A stretch of 63,877 bases of DNA, the filler included. It is 6 parts of 6 records of this genome, joined end to end, with 100 filler letters (N's around TTAATTAATTAA, not from the genome) between each part and the next. Parts side by side here need not be neighbours in the genome. Positions count along the whole stretch, not along the records: positions 17,026 to 39,286 come from SRR22947727_5857; positions 39,387 to 47,333 come from SRR22947727_5858; positions 47,434 to 58,449 come from SRR22947727_5862; 3 more parts are not named here. The stretch is one strand, 5' to 3'. Shown here piece by piece: positions 38,121 through 47,472 of this stretch. How positions within the stretch are numbered: position 1 is the first letter of the stretch; each line of letters starts with the position of its first letter. A model generated the notes under the pieces. That model saw only the letters and a list, made by a program, of their open reading frames with translations, was not told where the DNA came from and made no database searches. The translations under genes were made by a program, and so were the position numbers.

Positions 38121-38843
38121 ATGGATAATTTCGATTACAAAAAGTATATTAAAGAAGGTAAATTATTAAACGAATTAGAAGACATGCGTCCTAAGGATAT
38201 CGAATTTGAAAAAGCTAAAGAAGAAGAAAGATTAGCAAATCATCCTGAAGAAGAAACAATTAGAAAAATTCAAGCTATGTTTGATGATGAAAAATCATTA
38301 AAGGAAGATGATAATAAAATAAAAGATTTAGAATCACAACTTGATTTCCACACACAAATGGATAATAAAGGTAGAGCTTCTATTATTAAAGCAAAGATAG
38401 AAAAATTAAGAAAATTATCTAATTCTGGTAAAATTGATGGTGATGAATTTTTAGATAAATTTAACCCATTAAGTAAAGAACTTAAATCATTAGATGAAGG
38501 TAAGCTATCATCATATGAAAAACAGTTAAAAATTGCTTATGATGCTTTAGAAAAAGCAAACCTAGATGGAGATATTAGAAAGGGAGAATTAGCACTAGCT
38601 GCAATTGATTTAATAAATAATGAAATTGATTCTTACTTTGAATCCAAACTACAAGAACAATCAGAAACTAGTGTTGTAGATAATGCTAAATCATCACTTA
38701 AAGCAATGCCTATGTCAGATGTATACATCAAATCATTAGAAAGTGATGTTGAAAAAAATGGTGAAGATGGGTATGTTGATTATAAAAAAGATGATTGGGT
38801 TGAAGATTATTCTGAGTTTATAGTTGATAAATTAGATTCTTAA
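38121..38843 (+). CDS. Hypothetical acidic, coiled-coil phage-like protein
   Basis: 240 aa, starts 'MDNFDYKKYIKEGKLL'; followed by a terminator. Confidence 0.7.
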   Translation: MDNFDYKKYIKEGKLLNELEDMRPKDIEFEKAKEEERLANHPEEETIRKIQAMFDDEKSLKEDDNKIKDLESQLDFHTQMDNKGRASIIKAKIEKLRKLSNSGKIDGDEFLDKFNPLSKELKSLDEGKLSSYEKQLKIAYDALEKANLDGDIRKGELALAAIDLINNEIDSYFESKLQEQSETSVVDNAKSSLKAMPMSDVYIKSLESDVEKNGEDGYVDYKKDDWVEDYSEFIVDKLDS

Positions 38844-38869
38844 TATAAACCATCACATAAAACAACATT

Positions 38870-38900
38870 TAGGGAAACGAAAGTTTCCCTATCTTTTTTT
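38870..38900 (+). terminator. Rho-independent terminator
   Basis: TAGGGAAAC-GAAA-GTTTCCCTA (9-bp stem, GNRA loop) followed by TCTTTTTTT. Confidence 0.88.
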
Positions 38901-38919
38901 GAAGAAATATTAAAACTTA

Positions 38920-38952
38920 TTTGGCTACCCAAATAATTGTTCGTATATTTAT
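38920..38952 (+). promoter_or_regulatory. Repeated phage promoter motif, copy 3
   Basis: TTTGGCTACCCAAATAATTGTTCGTATATTTAT; 20-nt spacer; just downstream of the terminator. Confidence 0.75.
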
Positions 38953-38979
38953 GATATAAGAAATTAAAAAATAAAGGTT

Positions 38980-39219
38980 ATGGTAAAAGAAATTAAAGAA
39001 ATAGGAATTGTTGAATTGTTTGAGAATGTATTAAATCTCCCGTTTGAAGAGAGATTGGGTATGAGTTATGAACAAGAGTGTAAATTAGTTATGGATTGGG
39101 CTGAAGAGAATGATTATTATGTCTATAGTAGAGGCAATGATGAGTTTTTTAAGTTTGAAGGGTTTGAATTAGCCGAAAAGGGTGGTTATAAAGGTGTTAT
39201 TTTTGACAATTTAAGTTAA
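38980..39219 (+). CDS. Hypothetical protein
   Basis: 79-aa ORF between promoter copies 3 and 4. Confidence 0.7.
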   Translation: MVKEIKEIGIVELFENVLNLPFEERLGMSYEQECKLVMDWAEENDYYVYSRGNDEFFKFEGFELAEKGGYKGVIFDNLS

Positions 39220-39236
39220 AAATAACCCGCGTATTG

Positions 39237-39269
39237 GTTGGTTACCTGAAATATCGTTCGTATATTCAC
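39237..39269 (+). promoter_or_regulatory. Repeated phage promoter motif, copy 4
   Basis: GTTGGTTACCTGAAATATCGTTCGTATATTCAC; 20-nt spacer. Confidence 0.72.
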
Positions 39270-39286
39270 GGGGTAATAATGATTAA

Positions 39287-39386
39287 NNNNNNNNNNNNNN
39301 NNNNNNNNNNNNNNNNNNNNNNNNNNNNNNTTAATTAATTAANNNNNNNNNNNNNNNNNNNNNNNNNNNNNNNNNNNNNNNNNNNN
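39287..39386. other. Artificial contig spacer
   Basis: N44-TTAATTAATTAA-N44. Confidence 0.98.
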
Positions 39387-39494
39387 ATAAATAAAGATGA
39401 TGTATCATATTGTTCTACAGGTGGTGGTGCTTTTCTTGAGTTTATGGAAGGAAAGGATTTGCCATCTATATCAGCTTTAAAGGCTAAGATTTAA
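39387..39494 (+). CDS. pgk: Phosphoglycerate kinase, C-terminal fragment
   Basis: Manual translation ...[26 protein letters not shown]...*. Confidence 0.92.
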   Translation: MNKDDVSYCSTGGGAFLEFMEGKDLPSISALKAKI

Positions 39495-39510
39495 AAAATA
39501 GGAGAGAGGA

Positions 39511-40524
39511 ATGTCATTAAACACTTTAGAAGAAATTGCTTCATACATAGTTTCAGAGGGTAAGGGAATTCTTGCTGCTGATGAAAGCAATCCAACATGC
39601 GGTAAAAGGTTTGATTCAATTGGAGTTGAGTCAACAGAAGAAAATAGAAGAGATTATCGTGAAATGCTTTTTAGAGCATCCGGCATGAAAGGAAACATAG
39701 GTGGAGTCATACTTTTTGATGAAACTATTAGACAAAACGCTAAAGATGGAACACCTCTTGTAAATATTATTAGTGATCAAGGCGCCCTTCCTGGAATAAA
39801 AGTCGATAAAGGACTTAAGCCTGTTGGAAATACAGAGGAGACAGTTACAGTTGGTTTAGAGGGTCTAGATGATAGATTAAAAGAATACGTTTCAATGGGA
39901 GCAAAATTCACTAAATGGAGAGCGGTAATTAAAATTGGTGAAAGTATACCCACAGATGAATGCATAAATGCAAATATGAAAGCTTTAGCAGATTATGCAA
40001 AACTAGTTCAAGATAATGGAATGGTTCCTATGGTTGAGCCAGAGGTGCTGATGGATGGAGATCATTCTATTGAAGAGTGTTTTGATGCCTCTGATAGGTC
40101 GCTGAAATCACTTTTTAAACATCTTCAAGAAAATGAAGTAAATATCAAAGGAACAATATTAAAGCCAAACATGATAACTTCTGGATCAAAATCTGCCACC
40201 CAAGCAGATGTTGATGAGGTTGCAAGAAGAACTCTAGATTGCTTGATAGCAAATGTACCTTCTGAGCTTCCAGGAATAACTTTTCTATCTGGAGGCCAAT
40301 CAGATTTAATAGCAACTGCCCATTTGGATGCAATGAATAAAATAGGCGGCTTTAATTGGAAATTAAGTTTTTCTTATGGAAGAGCTCTTCAAGCACCTGC
40401 CCTAAAAGCATGGATGGGAAAAACAGAAAATATGTTTATTTCTCAAGATGCATTATCACATAGAGCAAAAATGAATAGACTGGCATCCTTGGGTCAATGG
40501 GCCGAAGAACTAGAAGACGAATAA
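39511..40524 (+). CDS. Fructose-bisphosphate aldolase, class I
   Basis: 'GKGILAADES', 'GIKVDKG', 'KWRAV', 'VEPEV', 'LKPNM', 'FLSGGQS', 'SFSYGRALQ'. Confidence 0.96.
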   Translation: MSLNTLEEIASYIVSEGKGILAADESNPTCGKRFDSIGVESTEENRRDYREMLFRASGMKGNIGGVILFDETIRQNAKDGTPLVNIISDQGALPGIKVDKGLKPVGNTEETVTVGLEGLDDRLKEYVSMGAKFTKWRAVIKIGESIPTDECINANMKALADYAKLVQDNGMVPMVEPEVLMDGDHSIEECFDASDRSLKSLFKHLQENEVNIKGTILKPNMITSGSKSATQADVDEVARRTLDCLIANVPSELPGITFLSGGQSDLIATAHLDAMNKIGGFNWKLSFSYGRALQAPALKAWMGKTENMFISQDALSHRAKMNRLASLGQWAEELEDE

Positions 40525-40527
40525 AAT

Positions 40528-40965
40528 TTGCTTGCTACCGTTCAAAGGGTTTCAGAGGCTCAAGTACAAATAGAGAATAGGATATATTCTGAAATAGGAT
40601 CAGGTTTGTTGATATTCGTATGTATTGAAAAAGAAGACTCTATTAAATCAATTACTGCTATGTTAACTAAGATTATTAATTTTAGAATGCTTGATGGGCC
40701 AAAAGGTTCTACAGCCTATTCATTAAAGGATACAAATGAAGACGCCTTGGTTATAAGTCAATTTACACTAGCTGCTATTACAGGCAAAGGTAACAAACCA
40801 AGCTTTCACAAATCTGCAAAGCCTGAAGAAGCTAAACTGCTGTATGATGAATTTATGAGTCTCTTTGAAACTGCTTATGGCAACGTTAAGCAAGGAAAGT
40901 TTGGTGCTTTTATGGAAATTTCATTAATTAATAAAGGCCCTATTACCTTTAATTTTAAAACTTAG
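40528..40965 (+). CDS. dtd: D-aminoacyl-tRNA deacylase
   Basis: 'VQRVSEA', 'ISQFTL', 'GKFGAFM...NKGP'. Confidence 0.92.
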   Translation: MLATVQRVSEAQVQIENRIYSEIGSGLLIFVCIEKEDSIKSITAMLTKIINFRMLDGPKGSTAYSLKDTNEDALVISQFTLAAITGKGNKPSFHKSAKPEEAKLLYDEFMSLFETAYGNVKQGKFGAFMEISLINKGPITFNFKT

Positions 40966-40972
40966 TTTAAAT

Positions 40973-41554
40973 ATGAAAAATATATCAATTTTTTGTGGTG
41001 CTCATGAGGGTAAGAATCCTAGATATGCTGAAGATGCAAAAAAAATCGCAGAGATCCTTGCCAGCAAAGGTATTAACATAGTCTTTGGCGGTGGCAATGT
41101 TGGCCTAATGAAAATAGTTTCAGATACAGCTCTTGACAATGGAGTTGAGGTAAAAGGGATTAGTTTAGAATCATTACATAAACTTGAATTAGCAAATCCA
41201 AGACTTAAAGAGATAATTATTACCAAAACATTACTTGATCGCAAAGATGAATTTATGAAACGATCAGATGCTTTTATCGTCTTGCCAGGAGGAGTTGGGT
41301 CTTTGGATGAGCTTGCTGAAATCATGGCTAATAATCAACTTGGATTAATTAATAAGCCAATTGGTTTGTTAAATACCGAAGGCTATTATGATCACTTAAT
41401 ATCTTGGATGAAGAAAGCTGTAGATGAAGGCTTTATTTCAGAAGCTAATTTTAATGATTTAATAATTTCTAATTCGTGTGAAGAACTTATTCAAAAAGTC
41501 ATAACCCATAAGCGACCACATGATAATGATTGGACAAATAGATTAGGTATCTAG
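40973..41554 (+). CDS. LOG family (TIGR00730) nucleotide phosphoribohydrolase
   Basis: 'FGGGNVGLM', 'LPGGVGSLDE', 'KPIGLLN'. Confidence 0.92.
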   Translation: MKNISIFCGAHEGKNPRYAEDAKKIAEILASKGINIVFGGGNVGLMKIVSDTALDNGVEVKGISLESLHKLELANPRLKEIIITKTLLDRKDEFMKRSDAFIVLPGGVGSLDELAEIMANNQLGLINKPIGLLNTEGYYDHLISWMKKAVDEGFISEANFNDLIISNSCEELIQKVITHKRPHDNDWTNRLGI

Positions 41555-41675
41555 TGTATTTTTATTATAATTTCTCATTATAAATTTTAATAACATATTT
41601 TGATAAATAGCTACGTCAGTGAAATTGTTTTGAGTATTTTAATGAACACTTCTAAATTTTTATGATTTATAAATA

Positions 41676-42383
41676 TTATGTTTTATCTTTAGAGACAAGA
41701 AGACCAAGTTCAAATAACATCCACATTGGGATAGCTAAGAAAAGCTGTGAAAAAATATCAGGTGGAGTTAACAACATCCCAAAAATAAAGAATATTATTA
41801 TTAAATAAGGCCTGGCATTAACTAAAGTTTCTTTTTGTACGATTTCAGATCTTATTAAGAGAAAGGTCGCTACTGGAATCTCAAAAGCTATACCAAAAGC
41901 AAATATTAGTTTTATTACAAAGTTCATGTATTGACTAATATCTGTCATAACTGAAATAGACTCAGGAGCAACCCCTATAAAAAATTTAAAGATTATTGGG
42001 CATACAATAAAATATGCAAATGCCACTCCAGATAAAAATAAAAAGATCGTAGAAAACATTAGTGGTGCTACAAATGACTTTTCTTTTTGATACAAGCCTG
42101 GCGACATGAACATCCACATTTCATAAAAAAGATAAGGCATTGTAATAAGTAAGGCTGAAAAAAAGACTAATTTTAGCGGGGCCATCAATGGAGAGGTTAC
42201 TTGAGTTGCTATCATTGAACTTCCAGGCGGCAAGATATCCAAAAGAGGTGAGGCTACAAATGTATAAATGTCAGGCGAAAAAGGAATTCCAATTATTGAA
42301 AGAACGCCAAAGAACACCAAAACCTTTATGATCCTAGACCTTAATTCTAATAAATGACTAGTTACAGATTCTTTATTAGTCAT
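41676..42383 (-). CDS. tatC: Twin-arginine translocase subunit C
   Basis: 'SHLLELRSR', 'FMSPGLY', 'FEIPV', 'TPPD'. Confidence 0.96.
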   Translation of the reverse strand: MTNKESVTSHLLELRSRIIKVLVFFGVLSIIGIPFSPDIYTFVASPLLDILPPGSSMIATQVTSPLMAPLKLVFFSALLITMPYLFYEMWMFMSPGLYQKEKSFVAPLMFSTIFLFLSGVAFAYFIVCPIIFKFFIGVAPESISVMTDISQYMNFVIKLIFAFGIAFEIPVATFLLIRSEIVQKETLVNARPYLIIIFFIFGMLLTPPDIFSQLFLAIPMWMLFELGLLVSKDKT

Positions 42384-42621
42384 CTTTCTCCTTCTCAAAG
42401 CCCTCTAATTCTTCCATTCGCATTTCATTAAAGACATCTTTTTTTAGCTCGTCAGTTCCGATGTCTTTTTCAAGTTCGTTTTTAAATTTTGTTAGATGAT
42501 TCTGAAATTTTTTATAAAATTTTAGCCAGGTCTTTATCACTTCTGGCAATCGAGAAGGCCCAATAATAATAAGTCCTAGAATTAGGATTATCGCAATTTC
42601 TAAAAAACCAATCTGAAACAA
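42376..42621 (-). CDS. tatB: Twin-arginine translocase subunit B
   Basis: 'MFQIGFLE...LIIIGPSRLP'. Confidence 0.9.
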   Translation of the reverse strand: MFQIGFLEIAIILILGLIIIGPSRLPEVIKTWLKFYKKFQNHLTKFKNELEKDIGTDELKKDVFNEMRMEELEGFEKEKDD

Positions 42622-42624
42622 TTG

Positions 42625-42795
42625 CTATTCTGACTTGTCGATATCTTTATCTTCTTCTTTTACAGCTTTTTTAAACCCTTTAAGGCTCGCACCTAAATCA
42701 GAGCCAAGTGATTTAAGCTTGCCGCTTCCAAAAATTAAAAGAACCACAACTAAAATAACTAATAGCTGCCATATACTAATTCCACCAAAGCCCAT
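42625..42795 (-). CDS. tatA: Twin-arginine translocase subunit A (not in ORF track)
   Basis: [45 protein letters not shown]...; lies between ubiB and tatB. Confidence 0.93.
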   Translation of the reverse strand: MGFGGISIWQLLVILVVVLLIFGSGKLKSLGSDLGASLKGFKKAVKEEDKDIDKSE

Positions 42796-42804
42796 ATCAA
42801 TCTC

Positions 42805-44286
42805 CTAAGTGAGCATTAAAAAGATGCCACATAACACTATTATACCTACTCCAATAAATCTTATGATGTATTTTTCTTTTTGCAGCTGCATTTGCATAAT
42901 ATGAATTTTTTCTTCATATATTCTTTTGTTTTTAGAGTATCCCCTTATCTCATCCAATGCCTCATAAATAAAGCCAGGCATTTCAGATGCTTTTAGCATC
43001 AGCTCATCTTTATTTTCTAAAATAAAGTCTTTAATTTTTAATGGACTAAACTGTTCTGAAAGCCAATTATCAAGATAGGGTTCAGCCAATCCCCAAAAAT
43101 CTAACTCAGGATAAATTTGTCTACCCATACCTTCTATGTGTATCAGTGTTTTTTGAAGAAGCACCAATGATGGTTGAAGCGATAGTCCAAATGGTCTTGT
43201 GCTTTGGAAAAGATAAAGCAATAATTTACCAAACTCTATTTCAGATAAAGGCTTTTCAAATATTGGCTCACAACATGCTCTTAGAGTATTTTCTAGCTCA
43301 ATAACATTTGAGCTCGGGTTTACCCATTCTGAGCTAATAAATAATTGAGCTAATGATTTGTAATTTTGTTTAATTACCGCCTGAAGCATCCTTGCAAGAA
43401 TATATCTTTCATCGTTTGAAAGAGAACCAGTAATAGCACAATCAACAGCAATGTATCCAGGCGTGTCTGGATTTTTTTTGGAAACAAAGATATTTCCTGG
43501 GTGCATGTCAGCATGGAAAAAATTATCTCGAAAAACTTGATTTAAAAAAATCATTACACCATTTTCCGCTAACCTTTTCTTATTAATACCATGCTTATTT
43601 ATTTCTTCAATATCTGTGCACGGTATTCCATCAATTTCTTCAAGAACCATAACTCTGCTAGTGGTCATTTCCCAATAAACTTCTGGGATATATAACTCTT
43701 CGGAATTTGCAAAGTTTTTTCTAGTAAGATTTGTATTTGCAGCTTCTAGCCTTAAATCTAATTCACGCAATATGGTGCTTTCATAATCTTTCACAACCTC
43801 CACAGGTTTAATCCTATGACTTTCAGAGTAGAAATATGTACAAACTTTTGCTGCAGCTTTCAAAAGTCTTAGATTTTTCTTTACCTCTTTTTCAATGTTT
43901 GGCCTTAAGACTTTAATAACAATATTTTTTCCATTAGGTAGTTTTGCTGAATGTACCTGAGCGAGAGATGCAGCAGCCAGGGGAGTATCATCAAAATCAT
44001 TAAACATTTTGTTGATTGGACTGCCAAGCTCTTTTTCTATAATTTCTTTTAATTTTGCAACTGAGAACGGCTTACAACTATCGGTTAGTTCTTGAAGTTC
44101 TTTGGCCGTATTAATATCTAATATGTCTGTTCTGGTAGATAGTAATTGACCAAACTTAATGAAAATTGGACCCAGAGATTCTAAATATTTTGCTATCTTT
44201 TTTCCATCAGGATTTCTAAAGATGCCATGCCTAATACCTAAAAATGACATTTTTAGGCTTTCAATTATTATTATAAAAAAATTCAT
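42805..44286 (-). CDS. ubiB: Ubiquinone biosynthesis kinase-like protein
   Basis: 'LGPIFIKFGQLLSTRTD', 'AAASLAQVH', 'FFHADMHPGN'. Confidence 0.95.
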   Translation of the reverse strand: MNFFIIIIESLKMSFLGIRHGIFRNPDGKKIAKYLESLGPIFIKFGQLLSTRTDILDINTAKELQELTDSCKPFSVAKLKEIIEKELGSPINKMFNDFDDTPLAAASLAQVHSAKLPNGKNIVIKVLRPNIEKEVKKNLRLLKAAAKVCTYFYSESHRIKPVEVVKDYESTILRELDLRLEAANTNLTRKNFANSEELYIPEVYWEMTTSRVMVLEEIDGIPCTDIEEINKHGINKKRLAENGVMIFLNQVFRDNFFHADMHPGNIFVSKKNPDTPGYIAVDCAITGSLSNDERYILARMLQAVIKQNYKSLAQLFISSEWVNPSSNVIELENTLRACCEPIFEKPLSEIEFGKLLLYLFQSTRPFGLSLQPSLVLLQKTLIHIEGMGRQIYPELDFWGLAEPYLDNWLSEQFSPLKIKDFILENKDELMLKASEMPGFIYEALDEIRGYSKNKRIYEEKIHIMQMQLQKEKYIIRFIGVGIIVLCGIFLMLT

Positions 44287-44777
44287 AAATTACTTATGGC
44301 TTCTAATCTATCAAGTCTGATTGAAAGACCCCTTAGTTTAGACTGGAGAGCATTTTCTTTATTATACTGCTTTCGATTGAATAATTTTTCTTTTGTAAAA
44401 TAAGCAAGAGCGGCTGGAGTGTTTCCAAAGTATTTATCAATTAAAAATACGATATCAACCTCTGCTTTAAGAAAGGCATTAATTGTTAATATTGCTTTTT
44501 CACTATCCCCATAAAGCATACCTCTATTAATTTTTTTACTTATAAGAAAATCTAAGGCTTCTTTGACCGATGTTCTTATTTCAAAATCTACATCCGTTAT
44601 TTCATTAAAAGTAATATTTTTTTTATTTTCTTCTAAAATTAAATATATATCTTTATGGCCATCTAAATCTAATTTAAATTTTATTGGGTAAATTTCATTT
44701 AGATTATTTTTTAAATTTGGTGATGCATCTTCAATGTCTTTGATAAATGCTTTAATAATATCAAACAAATCATTCAT
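44283..44777 (-). CDS. UbiJ-like accessory factor (divergent)
   Basis: Between ubiE and ubiB; C-terminal 'RLDRLEA' coiled coil. Confidence 0.65.
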   Translation of the reverse strand: MNDLFDIIKAFIKDIEDASPNLKNNLNEIYPIKFKLDLDGHKDIYLILEENKKNITFNEITDVDFEIRTSVKEALDFLISKKINRGMLYGDSEKAILTINAFLKAEVDIVFLIDKYFGNTPAALAYFTKEKLFNRKQYNKENALQSKLRGLSIRLDRLEAISNL

Positions 44778-45510
44778 CATAAGCAACATGAATTGAAACC
44801 ACACCATTTAAGAGGTTATAAAATTTACATTTTTTAAATCCAGATTCTAAAATCATCGACCTGAGAAGCTCTTGATCTGGATGCATTCGTATAGACTCAG
44901 CAAGATATTGATAACTCTCTGAGTCATTTACTAAAATTGATCCAAGCTTTGGCAGGATATTGAAAGAATACCAGTCATAAATTTGGGAAAAAATAGGATT
45001 TGTTGGCTTGGAAAACTCTAATACTAAAAGTCTTCCACTCTTCTTAAGACACCTTCTCATTTCTTCCAAACCCTTCTCTTTGTTAGTAAAATTTCTAAGT
45101 CCAAAGCCAATTGTTATTACATCAAACGTTTCATCGCCAAAAGGCATAATCTCTCCACTAAGCTGACAAAAATGACAGTTTTTATGGAAGCTCTCATTTA
45201 TTGATCTGTCTCTTCCTTTCGACAACATATCCATATTGATATCAGTCATATAAATTTCTGTACTTGGGTATTCTTTTGAAATAAGTTTTGCTATATCTCC
45301 TGTTCCACTAGCAATATCTAAAATCACATCATTTTCAGATATTGCTGCAAGTTCGATAAGAATTTTTTTCCAAAGCCTATGCATGCCTAATGACATAGCG
45401 TCATTCATAACATCATAGTTTTCAGCAACAGATGAAAATAAATCACCAACATGAGTGCTTTTATCTTTTTCATCGACCTCTTTATAGCCAAAATGAGTTT
45501 TTTTATTCAC
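44770..45510 (-). CDS. ubiE: Ubiquinone/menaquinone C-methyltransferase
   Basis: 'THFGY', 'YDVMNDAMSLGMHRLWK', 'LDIASGTGD', 'YQYLAESIRMHP'; GTG start behind GGAGGA. Confidence 0.96.
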   Translation of the reverse strand: MNKKTHFGYKEVDEKDKSTHVGDLFSSVAENYDVMNDAMSLGMHRLWKKILIELAAISENDVILDIASGTGDIAKLISKEYPSTEIYMTDINMDMLSKGRDRSINESFHKNCHFCQLSGEIMPFGDETFDVITIGFGLRNFTNKEKGLEEMRRCLKKSGRLLVLEFSKPTNPIFSQIYDWYSFNILPKLGSILVNDSESYQYLAESIRMHPDQELLRSMILESGFKKCKFYNLLNGVVSIHVAYDE

Positions 45511-46372
45511 TTTCCTCCGCATCTCGAAATTTAATAAAATTATTGTATCTACTTTTGCTTATTTCACCATTACCAAGAGCATTTAATATTGCACATCCTT
45601 CATTATTTGAATGATTACAATCATTAAACTTACATTTCTCAGATAGTTTATTTAACTCAACGAAACCTTTAATTATTTGATTTCTTCTCCAGCCAGTGAT
45701 TGGAAGATCTCTAACTCCAGGAGAGTCTATAATTCTAATATTTTTCTCAACCTCATATAGCGTTGATATGGATGTTGTATGAACGCCCTGATTATTAGAA
45801 AGCGAATTAGTTTTAATATTCTTTCCTGTCAAACAATTTGTGAGAGTTGACTTACCCGCGCCCGAATTCCCAACAAAGACAACACACTTTCCTTCTAGAT
45901 ATTCTTTGATCTCATTTATATTTATATTATTTTTTGCTGAAATATCTATTATTTTTATATCAAGATCTCTGTAAATATTTAATTTTTCTATGTATGCCTC
46001 ATTTGGTTCTAGATCAATCTTATTATTAATTATAAAAGGCCTTATATTTGAAAGAAGACTTGTTAGTATCCATTTATCAATAAACTCAGAAGCAGTCTTG
46101 GGTTCTTGTGTAACCATTATCCCAACATAAGTGACATTTGCAGCAATAGTTTTTGATTTCAATCCTTCTTTTTTTTGAAGTGCTGATTTTCTATTCTCTT
46201 TTGATAAGATTAATCCTTTAGTTTCTTTACTGTCTTGAACTATTTCAATTTTTACAACATCACCAACAACAATATCTTTAATGGCAATACATGGTATGTC
46301 TGCATCTTTTGTGCGGACCAAACATGCATTAGAGTAAAACTCTATTACAAAACCTGTTTGAACTTTTTTCAT
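45503..46372 (-). CDS. rsgA: Ribosome small subunit-dependent GTPase
   Basis: Permuted G motifs NKID, ISA, GNSGAGKS, HTT, DSPG; 'CKFNDCNH...GC'. Confidence 0.95.
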   Translation of the reverse strand: MKKVQTGFVIEFYSNACLVRTKDADIPCIAIKDIVVGDVVKIEIVQDSKETKGLILSKENRKSALQKKEGLKSKTIAANVTYVGIMVTQEPKTASEFIDKWILTSLLSNIRPFIINNKIDLEPNEAYIEKLNIYRDLDIKIIDISAKNNININEIKEYLEGKCVVFVGNSGAGKSTLTNCLTGKNIKTNSLSNNQGVHTTSISTLYEVEKNIRIIDSPGVRDLPITGWRRNQIIKGFVELNKLSEKCKFNDCNHSNNEGCAILNALGNGEISKSRYNNFIKFRDAEESE

Positions 46373-46413
46373 ATAAAGCACAAAATACACTAAAGGAAGA
46401 AATATAAAAAGTT

Positions 46414-46965
46414 ATGAAGAGCCTACAATCAAAAGATAATCTCATTTGGATCGATTTAGAGATGACTGGATTAGATCCAGAAAAAGAAAGAATCATCGAA
46501 ATAGCAACATTAATTACAGACTCTCAGCTAAATATTTTGGCTGAAGGGCCAAATATTATAATAAATCAATCAAAGGGGCTGCTAGATCAGATGGATGATT
46601 GGAACATAAATCAACATGGTTCCTCCGGCCTAATCGAAGCAGTTAATAAAAGCAGTATTACTGAACAGATGGCAGAGATAGAAACTTTAGATTTTATTTC
46701 TAAATATGTTGGCTCCAAACAGTCTCCTATGTGTGGCAATACCGTTTCACATGATAGAAGATTTTTAACAAAGTACATGCCAAGATTAGAATCTTATTTT
46801 AACTATAGACATATAGATGTATCTTCATTCAAAGAAGCTGCTGTAAGGTGGATGAATGAAGCTCAGGTCTATGAAAAAGAAGGGTCTCACAGAGCGATGG
46901 GCGACATTAAAGAGTCTGTTGCTGAATTAAAATTCTATAAAAACCTATTTTTACCCGAGAGCTAG
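46414..46965 (+). CDS. orn: Oligoribonuclease
   Basis: 'LIWIDLEMTGLDP', 'CGNTVSHDRRFL', 'HRAMGDIKES'. Confidence 0.96.
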   Translation: MKSLQSKDNLIWIDLEMTGLDPEKERIIEIATLITDSQLNILAEGPNIIINQSKGLLDQMDDWNINQHGSSGLIEAVNKSSITEQMAEIETLDFISKYVGSKQSPMCGNTVSHDRRFLTKYMPRLESYFNYRHIDVSSFKEAAVRWMNEAQVYEKEGSHRAMGDIKESVAELKFYKNLFLPES

Positions 46966-47292
46966 TTAATCTTTTTTATTTAGTGGCTGGATATTTAGCG
47001 GGAAAGGACTGACTTGACCTTTGGTGTTTTTAATTTTTGCTTCACCAGATTCTTTTACTTCATCTATTCTAACAATTGCATTTATTGGAATATAACTTCT
47101 CTCAACCTTAGCAAACTCCTTTTTAAGTTTTTCAGAGGAAGGATCAAGAACTAGTTGTTTATCTTTATTAAATATATAATCCTCTACCTCAACAAAACCG
47201 TACATATCGCTTTGATAAATTTTATTAGTAAATACCTCATACACTTCACCAAGTTGCATAAAAATTATCTTGTAAACTTTTTTATCTTTCAT
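46966..47292 (-). CDS. DUF1820 family protein
   Basis: 'YKIIF..GEVYE...IYQSDMYGFVEVE...DPSSEKLK.EF...RSYIP'. Confidence 0.8.
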   Translation of the reverse strand: MKDKKVYKIIFMQLGEVYEVFTNKIYQSDMYGFVEVEDYIFNKDKQLVLDPSSEKLKKEFAKVERSYIPINAIVRIDEVKESGEAKIKNTKGQVSPFPLNIQPLNKKD

Positions 47293-47333
47293 AATACTTA
47301 ATTATATGGGAACGAAACTTTATATTAAAACCT

Positions 47334-47433
47334 NNNNNNNNNNNNNNNNNNNNNNNNNNNNNNNNNNNNNNNNNNNNTTAATTAATTAANNNNNNNNNNN
47401 NNNNNNNNNNNNNNNNNNNNNNNNNNNNNNNNN
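47334..47433. other. Artificial contig spacer
   Basis: N44-TTAATTAATTAA-N44. Confidence 0.98.
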
Positions 47434-47472
47434 TTGTCACTTTTTATATAAACAATTTAAGGAAACAGATAA

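Larger units (their letters stand above)
17026..39286 (+). mobile_element. Putative large (jumbo-like) phage fragment, probable Bacteroidota host
   Basis: Very AT-rich; all genes on one strand and tightly packed; shortened enzymes; no housekeeping genes; many orphan ORFs (HNH-like, SWIM, UVR, GH73, PD-(D/E)XK); repeated Bacteroidota-type promoter; no SD sequences. No capsid or terminase in the window. Confidence 0.65.

Noticed and set aside
35099-39269. The repeated ~33-nt motif as a CRISPR array or insertion-sequence ends
   Set aside because: Copies are degenerate, 0.3-2 kb apart, in the same orientation, and precede genes; no cas or transposase genes. A promoter explains them better.
17026-39286. 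Alternative genetic code (stop-codon reassignment) as in some large phages
   Set aside because: The standard code already gives near-complete coding density, and TAA, TAG and TGA all end genes at sensible positions.
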